This document shows, piece by piece, positions 1 to 14,382 of a stretch of DNA of 64,000 bases. Every line of letters begins with the position of its first letter. The first letter of the stretch is position 1. The DNA is from Bugula neritina. Lineage: Eukaryota > Animalia > Bryozoa. Made by a program: the position numbers and the translations under genes. The DNA lies in NCBI GenBank assembly GCA_964035545.1, contig OZ037766.1:21564767-21628766 (forward strand). Reading direction: 5' to 3'. Under the pieces are notes generated by a model, which did no database searches, was not told the DNA's origin, and saw only the letters and a list, made by a program, of their open reading frames with translations.

Positions 1-542
1 CCTTGTGGGTTGTTTTGTAGTTAAAGGCTTCTATATACTGCTGGTATAGTCTATTTTAATTTAAGATATATTAATCATTAACAAAGGAGATGTAGATCTG
101 AATTTTCCAAGCAACCTACCAGCTTGTCAGAATTGTGTCATCCAAACGTATTGCTTCATTTGAATTAAATAGTAACTTTGTATGACTTCCAAATTTCTAT
201 GATAATACTTGAATAACCATTGAAATACTGCTTTGTGATTTGTTGGATTTTACCACCCTGGAAAATTTGATTCATCGGCTCATAGTTACAACAAATAGTT
301 TGTATATAAATAAACATTGTAAATATACATGCATCAAAGAGACCCATTTTATTATGGCATAAATTTTATCTCTAGAAATTGGCCTGCCCTTGACATTTTC
401 TCTGACGATTCAACAAGACAACTAATACAGTGTGATAAGATAAAAATATATTTTCTAAAAGCTATTGAATAATTTTAATGTATAGCTTCTACAATACTTC
501 TGTTAATATCCATCTAAATAAATATTTTTCTAACTTAATTAG

Positions 543-3500
543 TGCTGTGAGCTGTTGGACTACATGGGTGTTCAGTACATAGAGAGTGATGGAGAAGCAG
601 AGGCCATGTGTGCTCACCTCAACAGTCTAAAGGTAAATTCTAACATTAGATATGTCAGTTTGACTTACTCTAAGCATTGCAATTTACTTCACGTTTAACT
701 ACTGTATTTGTTTTAATTCATTGTATTCTACCTTTTTTCGCTGCAATTGAAGAGCCCTAGATTTACTGTAGATATGCGAATCATAGTAATAATCATTTTT
801 GGAAGGGGGGATATATTTTGAATGCATTCTGTAAGATTAGAATATGTCTTGTGTTTTTCTTTGTTTCACAATGTGAAATGCATTTTTATTCTGTAAAAGG
901 CAACAAGTTTGGTCAGAGCTGTTAGGTTTTGATTTTTCTAATGATGCAAAAATCTGTCAAGTGACAGAAGACAATTTAATAAAATTTAAAAAAAACATTT
1001 CAATTTTTACAGCTGCTTCTGTATTGGAAGCATTTGCAAAAATACAATTAAACCTTCTTTATATACTATCTTAAAGTGGAATGTAAATAATGGAATTTTA
1101 TGAAAATGTGTGTTAAATTGCACATGTATTCACATCATGCCCAACTCACAAATGTATAGGTTTTGGTTTCACCTATGATGTATGCATGGAGTAAAGTTTT
1201 ATTGTTATTGCATACAGTTAGTAGATGCTGTTATCACAGAAGACGGTGATGCTTTTCTCTATGGTGCCGACACAATATATAAAGATTTTACTACAACTAA
1301 AGTAAGATTGTTATTCAAAAATGTCTTCATATAGTTGAGCTATTTGACTTTCATTTTTGTCTACATGCATGGATAAAATTGAAAGAAGACTATCTACTCT
1401 TTACACTCTGAGTCAACTTTCTAACTGTTTAGTAAACTTCCACTGTTAATATTTCTCTAGTGCTGCAACTAAAACATGACTAAATATATATATACATTTT
1501 GTATGTGTTTGCGCGTGTGTGTATATATATAGTCTAAACAATTCTTATTATCTATTAGACATGTATTTAGGTGCAGAGTGTACAGAGCTATAAGATGGCT
1601 AGTATCACAGCCAAGACCAACTTTGCCAGGGAACATCTCATAGCCCTAGCACTGCTTATTGGCTGTGACTACTGCCCTAAAGGAGTACCTGGCATTGGTG
1701 TAGCTCAGGCTAGCAAGTTTTGTAAAGAAACAGCCAGCAATGAAGTCTTAGACAGGTGGAAGCAATTCCGATTTTAATGTCAATTTGTGTAGTTCAAGTC
1801 AAGACAAATAATCAATGTAACTTAAATTAGTACTTTTTATACTTTTGGAAAAAACCTTCTTAATATATTTAAAGGTGAAAATGCTTGCTTTTCAACTAAT
1901 AGATATAAAATTTGTATGCTGAGTAGTGATTGTATGCTAATAGTTTATTGTACAATATTAAACAGGTTGTTAGCTTTGACGGAAAACCCTTTATGTGCAC
2001 ATAGTACTTTGGAAAGAACTATTGCTGGAAAGATATCAAAAATGGAATCTCAGCAATTTACTGAGGTAACCTCAACTTAGATATTTTTATTTATTTTCTG
2101 TGAAGCTCTTAAAAGGTTTTAGAGCTCAGTGAAATTATTAGCCTGGGTATCTCATTTGCGTAATCATCTTTTTCTGATGGGGGAGGGGCTATGCTGCTTC
2201 TAGTCCTGCGTTTAATTTTAAACAATTTATTTTTAACCATATTTGGATTTTCTCTGTGTGCTTGAGTTTGTTGTACTACATATTTGTATAGATGCATTAT
2301 TCTGTTCTATTTTTAGATCATTGAAGAATTTCTCAGTCAGCCACAAAAAGCTCCACCTAAGATTAACAGATGGAAAAAGCCTCTCTTGTTAAAAGCTCAA
2401 GTTTGTTATCGTATACTTATTACAGTAGTTGCTGCGTTTCTTATGTTTAATTATACATTGTATTTTTTTGTATTTTGCAGCCTTCATTGTGTTGTTTTAT
2501 GTTTAAAAAACTGTGTTACATGCTGTTATAATTTGTATGCTGTATACAGGTACTAATATAAATTTAAATACAAAATGTGCAGCTATACACACTAAACGTA
2601 TGTTTTAAACACAGCTTAAGTTTACATCAGTACTGATGGTATTGTATTATTTGACAGGACTTATGCCTAGCTAAATTGGAGTGGCCAGTAAATTATACAC
2701 TGGGCAAGATGCTGCAATTACTTATACTCTGGTCACTGAACTGTATTCTCAAAGACGGGTCGTCTTCACACCTAACCATTCAGCCACAAACAATACTAAA
2801 GAAAAGGACTAGAAAGGGAGTGGAGTGTCTTGAAGTACTTTGGACAGTTAGTGGTATGTACCTGTCGATGCAAAAGTGAATGTAATTTCTATTTTGGGTT
2901 TGGAGTTGTTCTATTTTATGGGCAGACAACTTCTTACTATGCAAATATCTGCTGAAACTATCACTAGTTATAAAAGTTGCAATTCTGGCCTTTTTCCCCC
3001 AAAATATGTTTTGCTTCTTACAGTGTAGGCTGTCAATAAAATGGTCTTAATTCTGCTTGAGATTTTTGGTATTAGCATAAGTTCTCACTTGCTGGTGTAG
3101 AGATGTAGAGATATAATATGTTGATCTCATGACTGGAAATCAGGATTGGCTTCTTCTTTTCTTAAATTTATAACTTGTTGAAATATTTTGCCATTAAGGG
3201 GCACAGCTCAGTTTATAAAATAAACTTGAATAAAAGGTATACAAATAGGTGTATATGAGTTTAGCATTTACATGTTAAATTTTATCTAACAATTTTTTTT
3301 ATTTCTCAACTGATAATGAAGAGATAGGTCGAGTCTACATACTGTTTTATCCTGCTATACAAAATAGTCTTAGTGTATTATAATACGGATAAGATAACTC
3401 CATAGCTTTACTGTGCAGTTTACTTGCTGCCTATAAAAACTTTTTATACTCTAGTGTGTTAGAGCTGGTTGAAAATTTACCCTTGGTGATGATAATCTAT

Positions 3501-5281
3501 AATATAAAGTCTGCAATTGGGCATTGTTTATTGTATTCACATGCTTGCAACATGAAGCATTAAAGCAGCATGCATGTTAATGGCTACATGTGTATGTGTA
3601 GATAATATATACACTGTAGTTATATAGGTTTTTACTAAATATGGTACATTTCAAATAGGTGCCCTACTAGAAATATATGCTAAGAAGCATCTTCTGTTTG
3701 CTATCTCCTTCTAGATATGTAATGTTGTAATAGGTGGTCTGTGCATGACTAGCTAGGGCTGCAGCGCTTTGGGGCCTTATCATCACCTCCTTTGTATTTA
3801 TAATGTTTTTTTCTAAATGCCTTGTTGATGAAATAAAACAAACAAACATACTGTTACCACCTTACTCAGTCAAATTGTTGTGTTAATACTAATAAGCTTT
3901 AAGTTTTAGGTTACTTAACTCAATGTTCAGTTACTTTGCCACAATGTAGATATTTTTTCTATCAAAGCTTTTAGTTGAATTGTTATTCAACACATTTCAA
4001 TAGATCCTCACAAAGTTGATGAAGACAAGGATGAAGTTTCACTATCTACTGTAGAAAACCTTGACATTGTAAAGTCATGTTTCCCCTCTCAAGTAGAACT
4101 CTTCTTGAACTCTAAACCTTTGAGTAAGTCTCCGAAGCTGTTTTATTTAGGATTTTGAAAATACAATGGGTCACTGGATTTGAGGCTTCTGTATACAATT
4201 TTTGTAAGGCTGTTTGTTGCTTATATCTTTATTGTGATGAATCACAATATTATGTTGTTTTTCTAAAGTAGACGACTCCTATATAAGTATCGTGTTTTAT
4301 GTAATTAATATTATTTTGCTACTCACAAAAAATTGAGGTATTGGTACAAAATTTATATAGGACAAACACTCATGAGGCTTATGACAAAATGATCTTTTAG
4401 CTGTAATGAAAGTTGCCACCTATGGTTATATCCCATTTATATCCAGTTAAATTCTAACTTAAATATTTTTTACTTGATTTGTAGAAAAGAGTGGCAAATC
4501 AACAAGATGTAGAGCCAAACCTAAGCCTGGCAAATCATTCCAGCCTTCTGAGTTTGGCAGCAGTAGTAGTAAAGGTCAGTACAGTAGTACTGAGGAGAGA
4601 GAAGTCTGTGGTCAAAGTGCCGTATCTTTGAATGGCGACAGCAGTGATTTGTCACTGCTATTAGCAGACAGCAGCGATATGTCCTCAACTACACAGTCAC
4701 TGTATGGTAGTCTGTTGGCTGAGGGTGTTGATTCTAGCAAAGGCAAGTTGGCTGTTGGTTCGTATGCCGATGATAGTTCAGCACAAGAGAGCACTCAGTC
4801 TAGCCAACGGACCGTTGACTCACATCTGTGTAGCACCTCTTCAACGACATGTGCAGATTCCACAGATGTGCTACTAGCAGATATATCAGACTACTTGAAA
4901 CTAGGTGAAACTCCTGTTACGGTACCAAAAAATACATCTTATTGTGATGATCCAACAGCTGTAAATATGAATGATAGCATAGTCACTGGGCATTTGTCTC
5001 CTTCTAATTTTTGTGGCAAAGATAACTCTCGATATTCTTTAAAATCTTCCAATTCTTATTTGAGTGAGTTGTCTACTCACTCAGATCTCTCTTTACTCGG
5101 CCTGGATCCTGCAACAGACTCTGTCGATATTCATAATATCTGCAGTCCCCAATTGCTAATCAAGAGCACACCACTCAAGTTAGCGGAGCACAGGCTAGAT
5201 AGCCATATACCAACAGAGCAGATATCCTATGGCAACTTTGATATTCTACCACATTCTTTAAATCTAAGCACTTCGGAATAG
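543..5281 (+). CDS. GEN1: Flap endonuclease GEN homolog 1 (XPG/Rad2 family Holliday junction resolvase), 5'-partial, 8 visible coding exons
   Basis: Exons with consistent AG/GT phases: 543-632 (CCELLDYMGVQYIESDGEAEAMCAHLN, XPG-I), 1218-1301 (LVDAVITEDGDAFLYGA), 1571-1755 (LALLIGCDYCPKGVPGIG, H2TH), 1966-2065, 2317-2400 (IIEEFL), 2658-2853 (IQPQTILKKRTRKGVECLEVLW, GEN1 chromodomain-like), 4004-4123, 4485-5281 (Ser-rich tail, TAG). Confidence 0.92.
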
Positions 5282-8189
5282 ATATTATCTTCTATTTTAT
5301 CCCAATTTTTTAAATAATTTTATTAACTGTTTTATATATTTTTATCAATTACTATATTTTATCATGCAATTTTTCATGGTGTGTATTCATGGATATTTTT
5401 CTCTACTCTTAACTATTTAGCCTTTGGACTATTTTCTGCTTGGTCTTTGATAATGTAGTGTTATATTTCCCTTATATACAAATAAGGGTTGTTTATCAGT
5501 TGTAGTATTTTAGTGGTGGATATGTAATTGTTGCAACATTGATAAACTAAACATGGCAGGATTACAGATATCAAGTTCCTGCACTACAGTCCATCCTACA
5601 CAAAATGCCTCCAACTCAATAAACACCGTTACACAAATATAATGATTGGCTTCTAAATTATTAGCTTTGCTTTAGTTGTACTCAACTATCCTAAATGACA
5701 ATAGCAGTGATAACTTCTAATGTATACTGTTATTCATTCAACCAAACTGCCGACTACAATAATAAACTGCTATCTCCTATGATAATATAGCATAACTAGA
5801 GATTGCTGTGTTGTATAATTTTGTTCATCATAATGTCCAAATATTTTCCAGTGTTAGGTTTCTTCTATTGATCATATGCATATTCAAAGCAACCCAGCGT
5901 TGGACAATGAATTTACAATTGTGAAATATTAGAAGATGCTAAAGATCTCGTCATGCAGCACCTGCTCCATTTACGTACATCTCTTTGTCCTTATAAGCTC
6001 ACTCGCGCGAAGGAATTTTTATTCAAGTGGAACACTTCAGCTTGCCTAGTATTTGCACTGCACCTAAACAACTATTTTTATCATAACTTTGGCCTATCAT
6101 AAAGGACATATGTTATTGCCTTCTGAGAATTTCCTAGTGCTTACGGATGACTGCAATTATTTGTAACTATTTTAAACAACGTTTGCCTAGCGCATAGTCT
6201 AATTTCCAATAATAGGAACTACGCATCCTTATTGAGAAATATTGCAATGAGCTGTGACTCAAAAGCTCACAACAATCTGTAAGGTTAATTAGATTCACAG
6301 TTATAATCTTAGCTGCTCCCATAAACAAGAAGTATTGCACGTTATTGTGATGTCATTTGGACTTGATACACTTCTTGCTTACATTGTCATTGTGTAATCT
6401 TGTGTACATGTGCTGTGTGTTCACTCTACCACCATAATATTTATTACATTCTCACAGTATGGTGCATTGCTAATATTCTAATAGTAGGGCATATAGAGTA
6501 TTTTCTCAACTGAGTAAAGAAGGGGCTGGTACCCCATGTAAACCTAGATTCCAGTTAATTCGTTTGCTAGTTTTTTATGTATTATACTTGAAGGGAAGGT
6601 CAAAATTTCAGTTCTAAGCTTTTCATGTAAGCCGGTAGCAGCATCAACTACCCTTGGCATATTAACAAAAACTTGCTAGTGTAAAATTTTAACCAGTAAG
6701 TAAGAGGAGTATTTTAGCAGTTTGGAATATTTTTATGTTGCAAATTGCAGACCAAGCACATTAAGATTTTGAAACTGATGCATTTTGAATATTTGTGTTG
6801 TGCAGATTCCCACACAATCTGTTTTTGAAGGAAATGAGGAAGATGTCTTTTTCTGTTATTCCAATTAATATTATGCAAATAATCATACACTAAATAATAT
6901 TTTTGCAATCAATAAACATACTAATTGTTTATAAATAGTAATCTGGTTGCGTTTGCAAATTGGAGAAACAACTATAATTGCACAAAAAAAAGGATAAAAC
7001 TTGTTATAAAATTGAAAGAGCGATAAGGAAAATTAGCCATTAACTAGTTAACAAAAGTACATGGACATTACTATGCTCAATAAAAACCTTTCGCTGCTAA
7101 ATGAATTAGTCGCTTGTTTGAATTAAACCTGGATTAAGTAGTAAATAAATATACCATTGATACAACAAACTTATCAATTGTATCTAGTATTCTATAGTAT
7201 ATTCTACTAAGAGACACTTTTTATTTACCTATTTTTAAGACATTATTAGATGCACTTGCAAATTATCATGTTTTTCTGCTAAAACTAATATAGCAAGTTT
7301 AATCTAAGTGACATATTTTGTTCGCTAGATTCTTAGACTATAGTAGTAACAGTTGCCGCAGATAAATTATTGTGCTCGAATATTCTGCAAGTATTTTATG
7401 CAACTAATATAATTGAATACAATACACTCGATGGAACATGCTTGTGAAAGCTTGCTTTTTTACTTTATTTTTTAATTTAAAGACAAATACGGCTCTGGCA
7501 CTATTTGCTATTGGTAAATGTACTATAAGTTAATGAGGTTGTAAAAGCTAATGAGGCGCCACAGAATGTTATGTAAGGAACCAATGTAAGGGAGATGAAC
7601 ACATATCAATTCTGACACTATTCATTTAACCAAGCATAAACGATTATAAGTGGAATGATTTTGTAAGTAAACACAAAATAGCATGTACATAACAGTATCA
7701 ATCTATGAAAGGTTCTTTTACTTGTAAACATCTTCTTCAATCCAGTGGATACCTACTGAGAACCCGGGTAAACAACTCCAAAAGTCAAGACTCGAAGATG
7801 TAAAAATAGCTTAAGATCTCAAGGACACTAATTACTATTAATGACTCGAGTTGCTAATACCCCGTAACAGCCGTGCTGAACTACAGCAAGTAAATTGACT
7901 CCGCCCCATATTCATTGTAATAGTGAGTACAACTACATTCGCCTGCAGTGTAGACTCACATTGCCAGTTTTGATAAGACTAAAGCATTGTTTGGTTATTT
8001 TTTACTAATCATGAATCTGTGGGAATTGATTTATTGAAAGCATGCACATGCAATAACAGAAACTTACTATTTATAATAAATTACTGGCACTTGCAATATA
8101 TTTAGAATCAGATTGAGGCTCAGACTGAGATTCAGATTGTCACTCACTTTCAGTACTCACCCACAGTGACAGTCACACTTACTGTAACT

Positions 8190-8950
8190 GTTACTCAAAG
8201 TGTAAGTATAAGTATAAGTTTTAGTAACTGTAAGTCACTTGGTTATATTTATAGTAACTGTAGGTGTAAAGTATAAGTCATACTCATACTCAAATAGTAA
8301 TACTGTAATACTAATAGTAATTCTAATACTAAGTCTAATAGTAATACTAATAGTTTGTACAAAACAGTAATACATAGTTTGTACAACAGTAATACAGATA
8401 ATAATAGTAACACTAATACTAATACTAATAGACTATTAAAGTAATAGTTTAACTTTAAAAAGTTATACAGAGTCTGACAGTAAATGTAATACTTATACTT
8501 ATAGTTATACTAATGTCTAATACCAATACTAATACTAATACTAATAGTAATACTAATAGTAAATGTAATACTATTAGTATTATATTTACTAATACTCATA
8601 GTCATGTACTCGTATAGTCATACTTATACTAACAGGCAGCTAGGCCTAGTAAAGCTGATTCAATTTTTTCATTAAGTATTTAATGGTTATACTTATAGTT
8701 ATAGTATAGCTATAAGTATAACTAATAGTAATAGTAATATACTCATACTGATTCAAACTCAACGTTGCTAAATTGCTAAAAGTAAAATAGCAAAATTAAA
8801 TAGTTTTAATTTAAGTTTGACTCAATTTCTTCAACACATACAATAACTTCCAGCTTTATGCAGTACTCATACAGATGCTGAGATAGAAATTCAGATACCA
8901 CAGCTAGTAGTAATGCTATGTCTGGTAGTAATACTAATACAGTAATAGCA
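8190..8950. repeat. Low-complexity degenerate TAATAC/TAATAG/AGTATA simple-repeat tract
   Basis: Runs such as aatactaatactaatagtaatactaatagt, agtataagtataagt and tcatactcatactc. Confidence 0.7.
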
Positions 8951-11900
8951 ATACCCAATGTTTAAAGCCTAATGTTAATAGATTTAGTTAGGCATCATCA
9001 CTTTCAGTTCATGAATTGGTGTTGCTCAATATAGGTCTTCAACTAGTCTTACAGGATGAAGAGTAAACATGTGAGATAAATACTGAAATAACCAGTAGAT
9101 ATAATAATAATGACAATTATTAGCAATTACTGCTGGTTTACATTTGTCTTACAATTCACTATCCTTCACTATCTGCTGCACATACAATAAGTATTACTAT
9201 AAGTATTTCTATTACTTATACTAATATTCATTTAGGACAATTTTTGTCACTGTTGAAATGACTAGTATATGTTCTGTAATACTAATCTTTATAGTATTTG
9301 TTCAAAAATCAACTTGAAGTAAGAATTTAGATTGAAGTAACATTTAGTTTTGGCCACTAAATTTAATGATGAGTGGTGAATTACTGTAACTTTAAGGCTT
9401 TTATCTTAATGATGATTGTAATGGTGATGAATTGGTGATAGTGAATTACCAAGAATGCAACAATTACAGTCGACACGGTATTTATGGTTTAACTCTGCAT
9501 AAATAGAAGCATTTGTGAATTACCCTTTTTAATTTATCAGTCTCAATCCGTGATAATTGATTTGAGTCCATCTGAATCTCGGGAATTTAACTGTTACGTA
9601 ATATTAATTGATAAAATTATACGAAGCAGGTAATTATGAATCTTGAAAGGCCTACGATAAATTTTATTCATCTGTTGCTTTAAGATGGTTGCATTTGTTG
9701 CAGTATGATTATATTTTAACTGTCTGTTGGCTACTTGGGGCAACAGCTATTGGCTTCTATACTGTAAAAATGACTCATGTCACTGTACTATTAACACACT
9801 CCCCCTGAGTAGTACTCAACTATTGTGATGCTGCAATGTGTGCCAGCTAAAAGCAGAAATTGTTTGCAGTTATTAAGGTTTTGCTCAAGCCAATACAATC
9901 ATTTCCATGAGAAAATTTTTTAGCATTGAAATAAACTGACATTAAATCTACGTAGCTCCCAAATTTATAATAGTAAGCAAATCACTGTGAAGTTTTGGTA
10001 TATTCGCCAAAGTGAGATATGAGGCATAGTTTCTATCGGATTATTTATAGTACATCGATAGCTAGGCTAGTTGTTTCAGTAGTTGTTATATGCTACAGCT
10101 GTGTATGGGTGCCAGTATATCCACATTGTTGCCATAGCTTACTAGTGAAATATGTTCGGTTTAGTATACAAGGTTATTTTTCAACTAATTTTCAATCATT
10201 TGTGAATTATAGTCTGTAATTGACTCAGCGTTGAATGTTGGAAAATTTTCGTGCAACTTGAGGTAAGAACGGACTAGTTCTTCAATTATATTAGCAATAT
10301 GACGGCCTAAATTTTGGATGAAGATTTCAAGAAAGTGTTGCCAAAATTATCTCCAGCTGAAATTTCGAAACTTCCATTTAAAATATTAATAACTATGCTA
10401 CTTCAGGACTGTAACTACTAACTAGCCAAAAGTAAACTTTAATTCTGGCTATAGTTTTGTTTTTATAAAATGCAGCTTTACATTTTAAGTGGTTGTTGCC
10501 TGTTTGACTTCAGGTTTGAAGTAATTGACTTCCATACAGAAAAATGCTCTTTATTGACCATTCAATAACCTTCAATTCATTTAGTTCCAAGGATTAATCA
10601 AATCAGATGCAGTGGTTTAGAAACCCATATCTCTTTGCTGTATTGTCTCTTTCCCAGGTTACTATATAGTTAATAGCAAACAACAATTTACCTTTTGTGT
10701 AGGGAATTTGAGCTGTGCTTACTCTAAAAAAGCTCTGTATACTAACGAGCATAATTGAAAATGCTGTGAATGAAACCCTTACGTAAAACTCATAAACTTT
10801 CATCATTTATACTGAAACACTGATCAATAATGGAGCTTTTGAAATTGAGGAATGTTTTATAATATATAGAAAATAGTTTATATTTGTGTAGCAAGTATTG
10901 ACACCTTCCCGGATTCTTATATTTGCCACGTCGGTTTTGTTGCACTAGTGATTCCTATGATATAACTAATGTAGTGTAGAACTTTCAGTCTCATCATGCT
11001 ACTGGTTTTAGTAGTCTGTAATAATGATGGATGGTTGTGACTTTTGGTTAAGTTGCTCACTGTCACTGATGCATAAATAAAATAATTTCTCACATTGATG
11101 GCTCATACTGTGGTTATTTCTTCAGTTGCTTCTGATTTTTAGACGCTATAAATTATGAAAATAGCAGTGAATTAGTACTAGGGCCTTCACTGGTTATGTA
11201 TGGCTGTAGCAGGCAAATCATACTGTTTTTTGTAGTAATGAGTTTCCTGCTGGACTCTGTGGTATCACTTGTCTATCAGTAACATCATGTTTAATTATGA
11301 GATTGAATGACTTGATAAACTGTTTCTCCTATTGACTTTGCTGCATTATCAATTAATATCTCCAAGTTCAACCCTAGTATTCACTTTTATCAGTCATCTG
11401 GTGACCCAATGTGAGCTAATCTGCTGGTAAAATCACATCTGCTATTTTTTGGGCGTATGAGATTTTTAGAGTTTCATATTTGTTAGCAGTTGCACTTGTA
11501 TATTTGCTTTGTTTGATGGTAAGAAAGAGGAATGTTATAGTTGTTAATGTTCTTCCAACCTGTTGTTGAAGGGCTATGAATGCTTTAGAGTTTAGTTGGA
11601 AGACGTTATTAACTGTGCAACTAATGTCCTGGGGTTTGTTTGAAATGACATCTATTGCAAGAGTAATGCAGCAGTGGAAACTGAAAATTAATTAACATGT
11701 CAACATAATTATAAATATTATTATTGCTTACTTCCTACTGTAAACCACTTATTGTAGTTTCTCCCTAATTTATTAAAAAAAGTTCCCAGCGTGAATGCTA
11801 ACATTCATCACCTGTAATATAATGGTATAAACTGCCGTCTAATTTAAGGCAATTATACCTGCTTCTCCAGCTATAGCATGAAGTTTATGCCAGCCTGTTA

Positions 11901-12109
11901 ATTTCTAATATGCAGGTTTCTGTTACTTGGGGTGCCTTAGGCCAAGTGTTTATTGTAAGTTATTGTATACAATGGAGGTAAAGGCTTATTGTAGACATTA
12001 GTTTTCAATGACAGAGTATTTTATCAGTTAAAGTTTAATATAAACCACAGTAAATATGTGCAAAACACACATTTTACATCACTTACAACTTGTATGTTCA
12101 TGATTGTAT

Positions 12110-12290
12110 TGCTAGTAGTACTATTAGTATTGGTAGTACTAGTAGTATTGGTAGTACTAGTAGTGTTGGTAGTACTAGTATTGCTGGTAGTACTAGTAGT
12201 GTTGGTAGTACTAGTAGTGTTGGTAGTACTAGTAGTGTTGGTAGTACTAGTAGTACTAGTAGTGTTGGTAGTACTAGTAGTATTGGTATT
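12110..12290. repeat. 18-bp minisatellite (GGTAGTACTAGTAGTGTT)n
   Basis: About 9-10 tandem units, each containing the palindrome TAGTACTA; explains the four overlapping low-complexity ORFs here. Confidence 0.9.
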
Positions 12291-14304
12291 AAAAGTAGAA
12301 ACAAACCTGGCAGCTGCTGCCTGCCACAAAGTAAAGGCTCTAATGCAAGCTGCTCTAAATAATCAATAATATACAATAATGTGAATTTCTCCTATAATAA
12401 TATATAAAGTATTAGCACTGGCACACTAATAGCTCTGCTGATAAACTGACACTTTGATAATATATTGACATGTATTATTCTGCCTGTAGAATGTAGATAG
12501 AGCTTCTAATATTTACCAGCATTGATGTCAGTGGCTAATACATTTCTTGCATACTGTCACAAATATTTAATCTATTGTATTAACAGATAAAATGGAAGTA
12601 TGTGTTCAGTAGTAGGCAGAAGCTAAGCATACAGTTTATCATTTTGAGCTACTCTTGTACTTCAATCACTGGTTGTTTCATGCTCTCTGCTAGTAATAAA
12701 TTTTGGTAAATTTTATTATACAAGAGGGGCCAAGCTTGCATATTCAGCACCCGGTTAGTCAAAGCCTCTCTCTATTAACTATAGTATTTACTGTTGGAAG
12801 GAGGGTCCTTAAATGGGGGGATTAATTGTGTGTGTAATCGCAAATATTTGGTAAATAATTAAACAATAATACATAAAGATTAAACAAGCCTAACTTTGGA
12901 GCATATGGTGGTAAACAATTTGCACATAGTCGGCATAATACAGCAAGTTTGTAGTCACGATTCTACAATACTGGCTTTATAAGCAGTCTGCAAACATTAA
13001 TAAAGTCACCACTCTTTACCTAATGTATCTCTAAAAACCACATGCAAATATAAAATCACCAAAGCATGCATTCATTATCTGCATTGTCACCACGTCCTAT
13101 TGTTAAGCTAGTATACCAGAGTCTGACTAGGTATGCTAGCTTGAGCAGCCAGCTGGGTGCCCCTTGGTGTAAATTGTTGCCAGTATCAGTTTTCTGCTGA
13201 AATGTCATCTTGCAAGTTGTGAGGGTAATTAGACCGGGGAAAATGCTGGTAGTTATGTAATCTGTGAGATATGTAGCAATAATCGAGTTATAATTAATCA
13301 ATCATTGAACTGAAAGTAGATGTAGCAGGTGTAGCCCATATTAAATTAATACTTTCATTAAGCTTCTAACTCCGGTGGAATATGCCAGCCCTTAACCACA
13401 CAGAGGCTTGGAGGTAAAGTTTGAGTTGCTTAGGTTGATGGACTACAAAGTCGCATGCCTAATTTGTAATTAATGTTTTCATGGTTGGTGCAATTGTGTG
13501 ACAGTTACTGTTCTCAAAAGCTAGTGATTTCACTGCGTAGCTCACCTGGTAGTCTAACTTGTGGTTCTGTCTGAACAGCAGCATTATTTTAATCAATATT
13601 ATTCTCTGCTACAGCCTTTAAAGCCATGTTTTGTTTAGTTACTCGGTTATAATTCTGGAAGATTTACTTCGTGGCTGTTACTAAGCATGTTGTCCGTCTG
13701 TTCACATTGCTCTGCATCTCATGCCCTTGGTCATCTAAGGACAGCCAGATTCTTTCATTAAACGTGAGGTGACTATTCACAAAAAATTCCTCTGCAGTCA
13801 CTTGACAGTCACCATGCATTTAACTATAATTATAATTGACTGCAGTTGCTGCAGTGAACATGGACACTGGGGCTAGTTGCTTAACGCTTGTTGCAGTCAG
13901 ATTCAGCTTACTTTATTTATTCTTTTGTACATGCATTATGTAGATCTTAAACTTGACTTTGAAAATTGAAACTAGATGCAAGTTTTTCTGTTATTTTAAA
14001 AGTCAAGTTGTTGTTGGGTTGGTGTTTAAAATTTTTTTATTTTTCTAAAAACAGTCATTCCATATTTGTTTAAACTTGTAAAATCTGCTCAAGAAATGAA
14101 TAGCTCTAAGTATTTAATAATCTAGTTCATTAGAGATGCTACTAACTACTATCCCCCATCTAACTCCACACTTTCAATGCTCAGCTTAATATCTTTATTG
14201 GTGCAATAGACTAGTTATAGGTGGTTATAAATTGCTGCCATCCAGCTTTTAATGTCAGCATACTTCACCTTTTACAATAGCCTAACCATTGTTATGTTTT
14301 GTAG

Positions 14305-14382
14305 CCAGACGTTTGGATTACTTTTCCCTTGAGATTTGATACTTCTACAGGCCTTGCTTTGCCAAGAAATATTACAAACGCA
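14305..14382 (+). other. Probable non-coding 5'UTR exon of IQSEC
   Basis: Acceptor gttttgtag at 14304 and donor gtgagt at 14383; next acceptor (pyrimidine tract, gctggttttag) at 14762 precedes the ATG. A further upstream donor gag|gtaaga lies at 10262. Confidence 0.4.

Noticed and set aside
4628-5281. Stand-alone 217-aa Ser-rich gene
   Set aside because: It is the terminal exon of GEN1, open from the acceptor at 4484 in the right phase.
12024-12376. Four overlapping ORFs (poly-Thr/Ser, poly-Val/Leu) resembling mucin or TM proteins
   Set aside because: All are translations of the 18-bp minisatellite.
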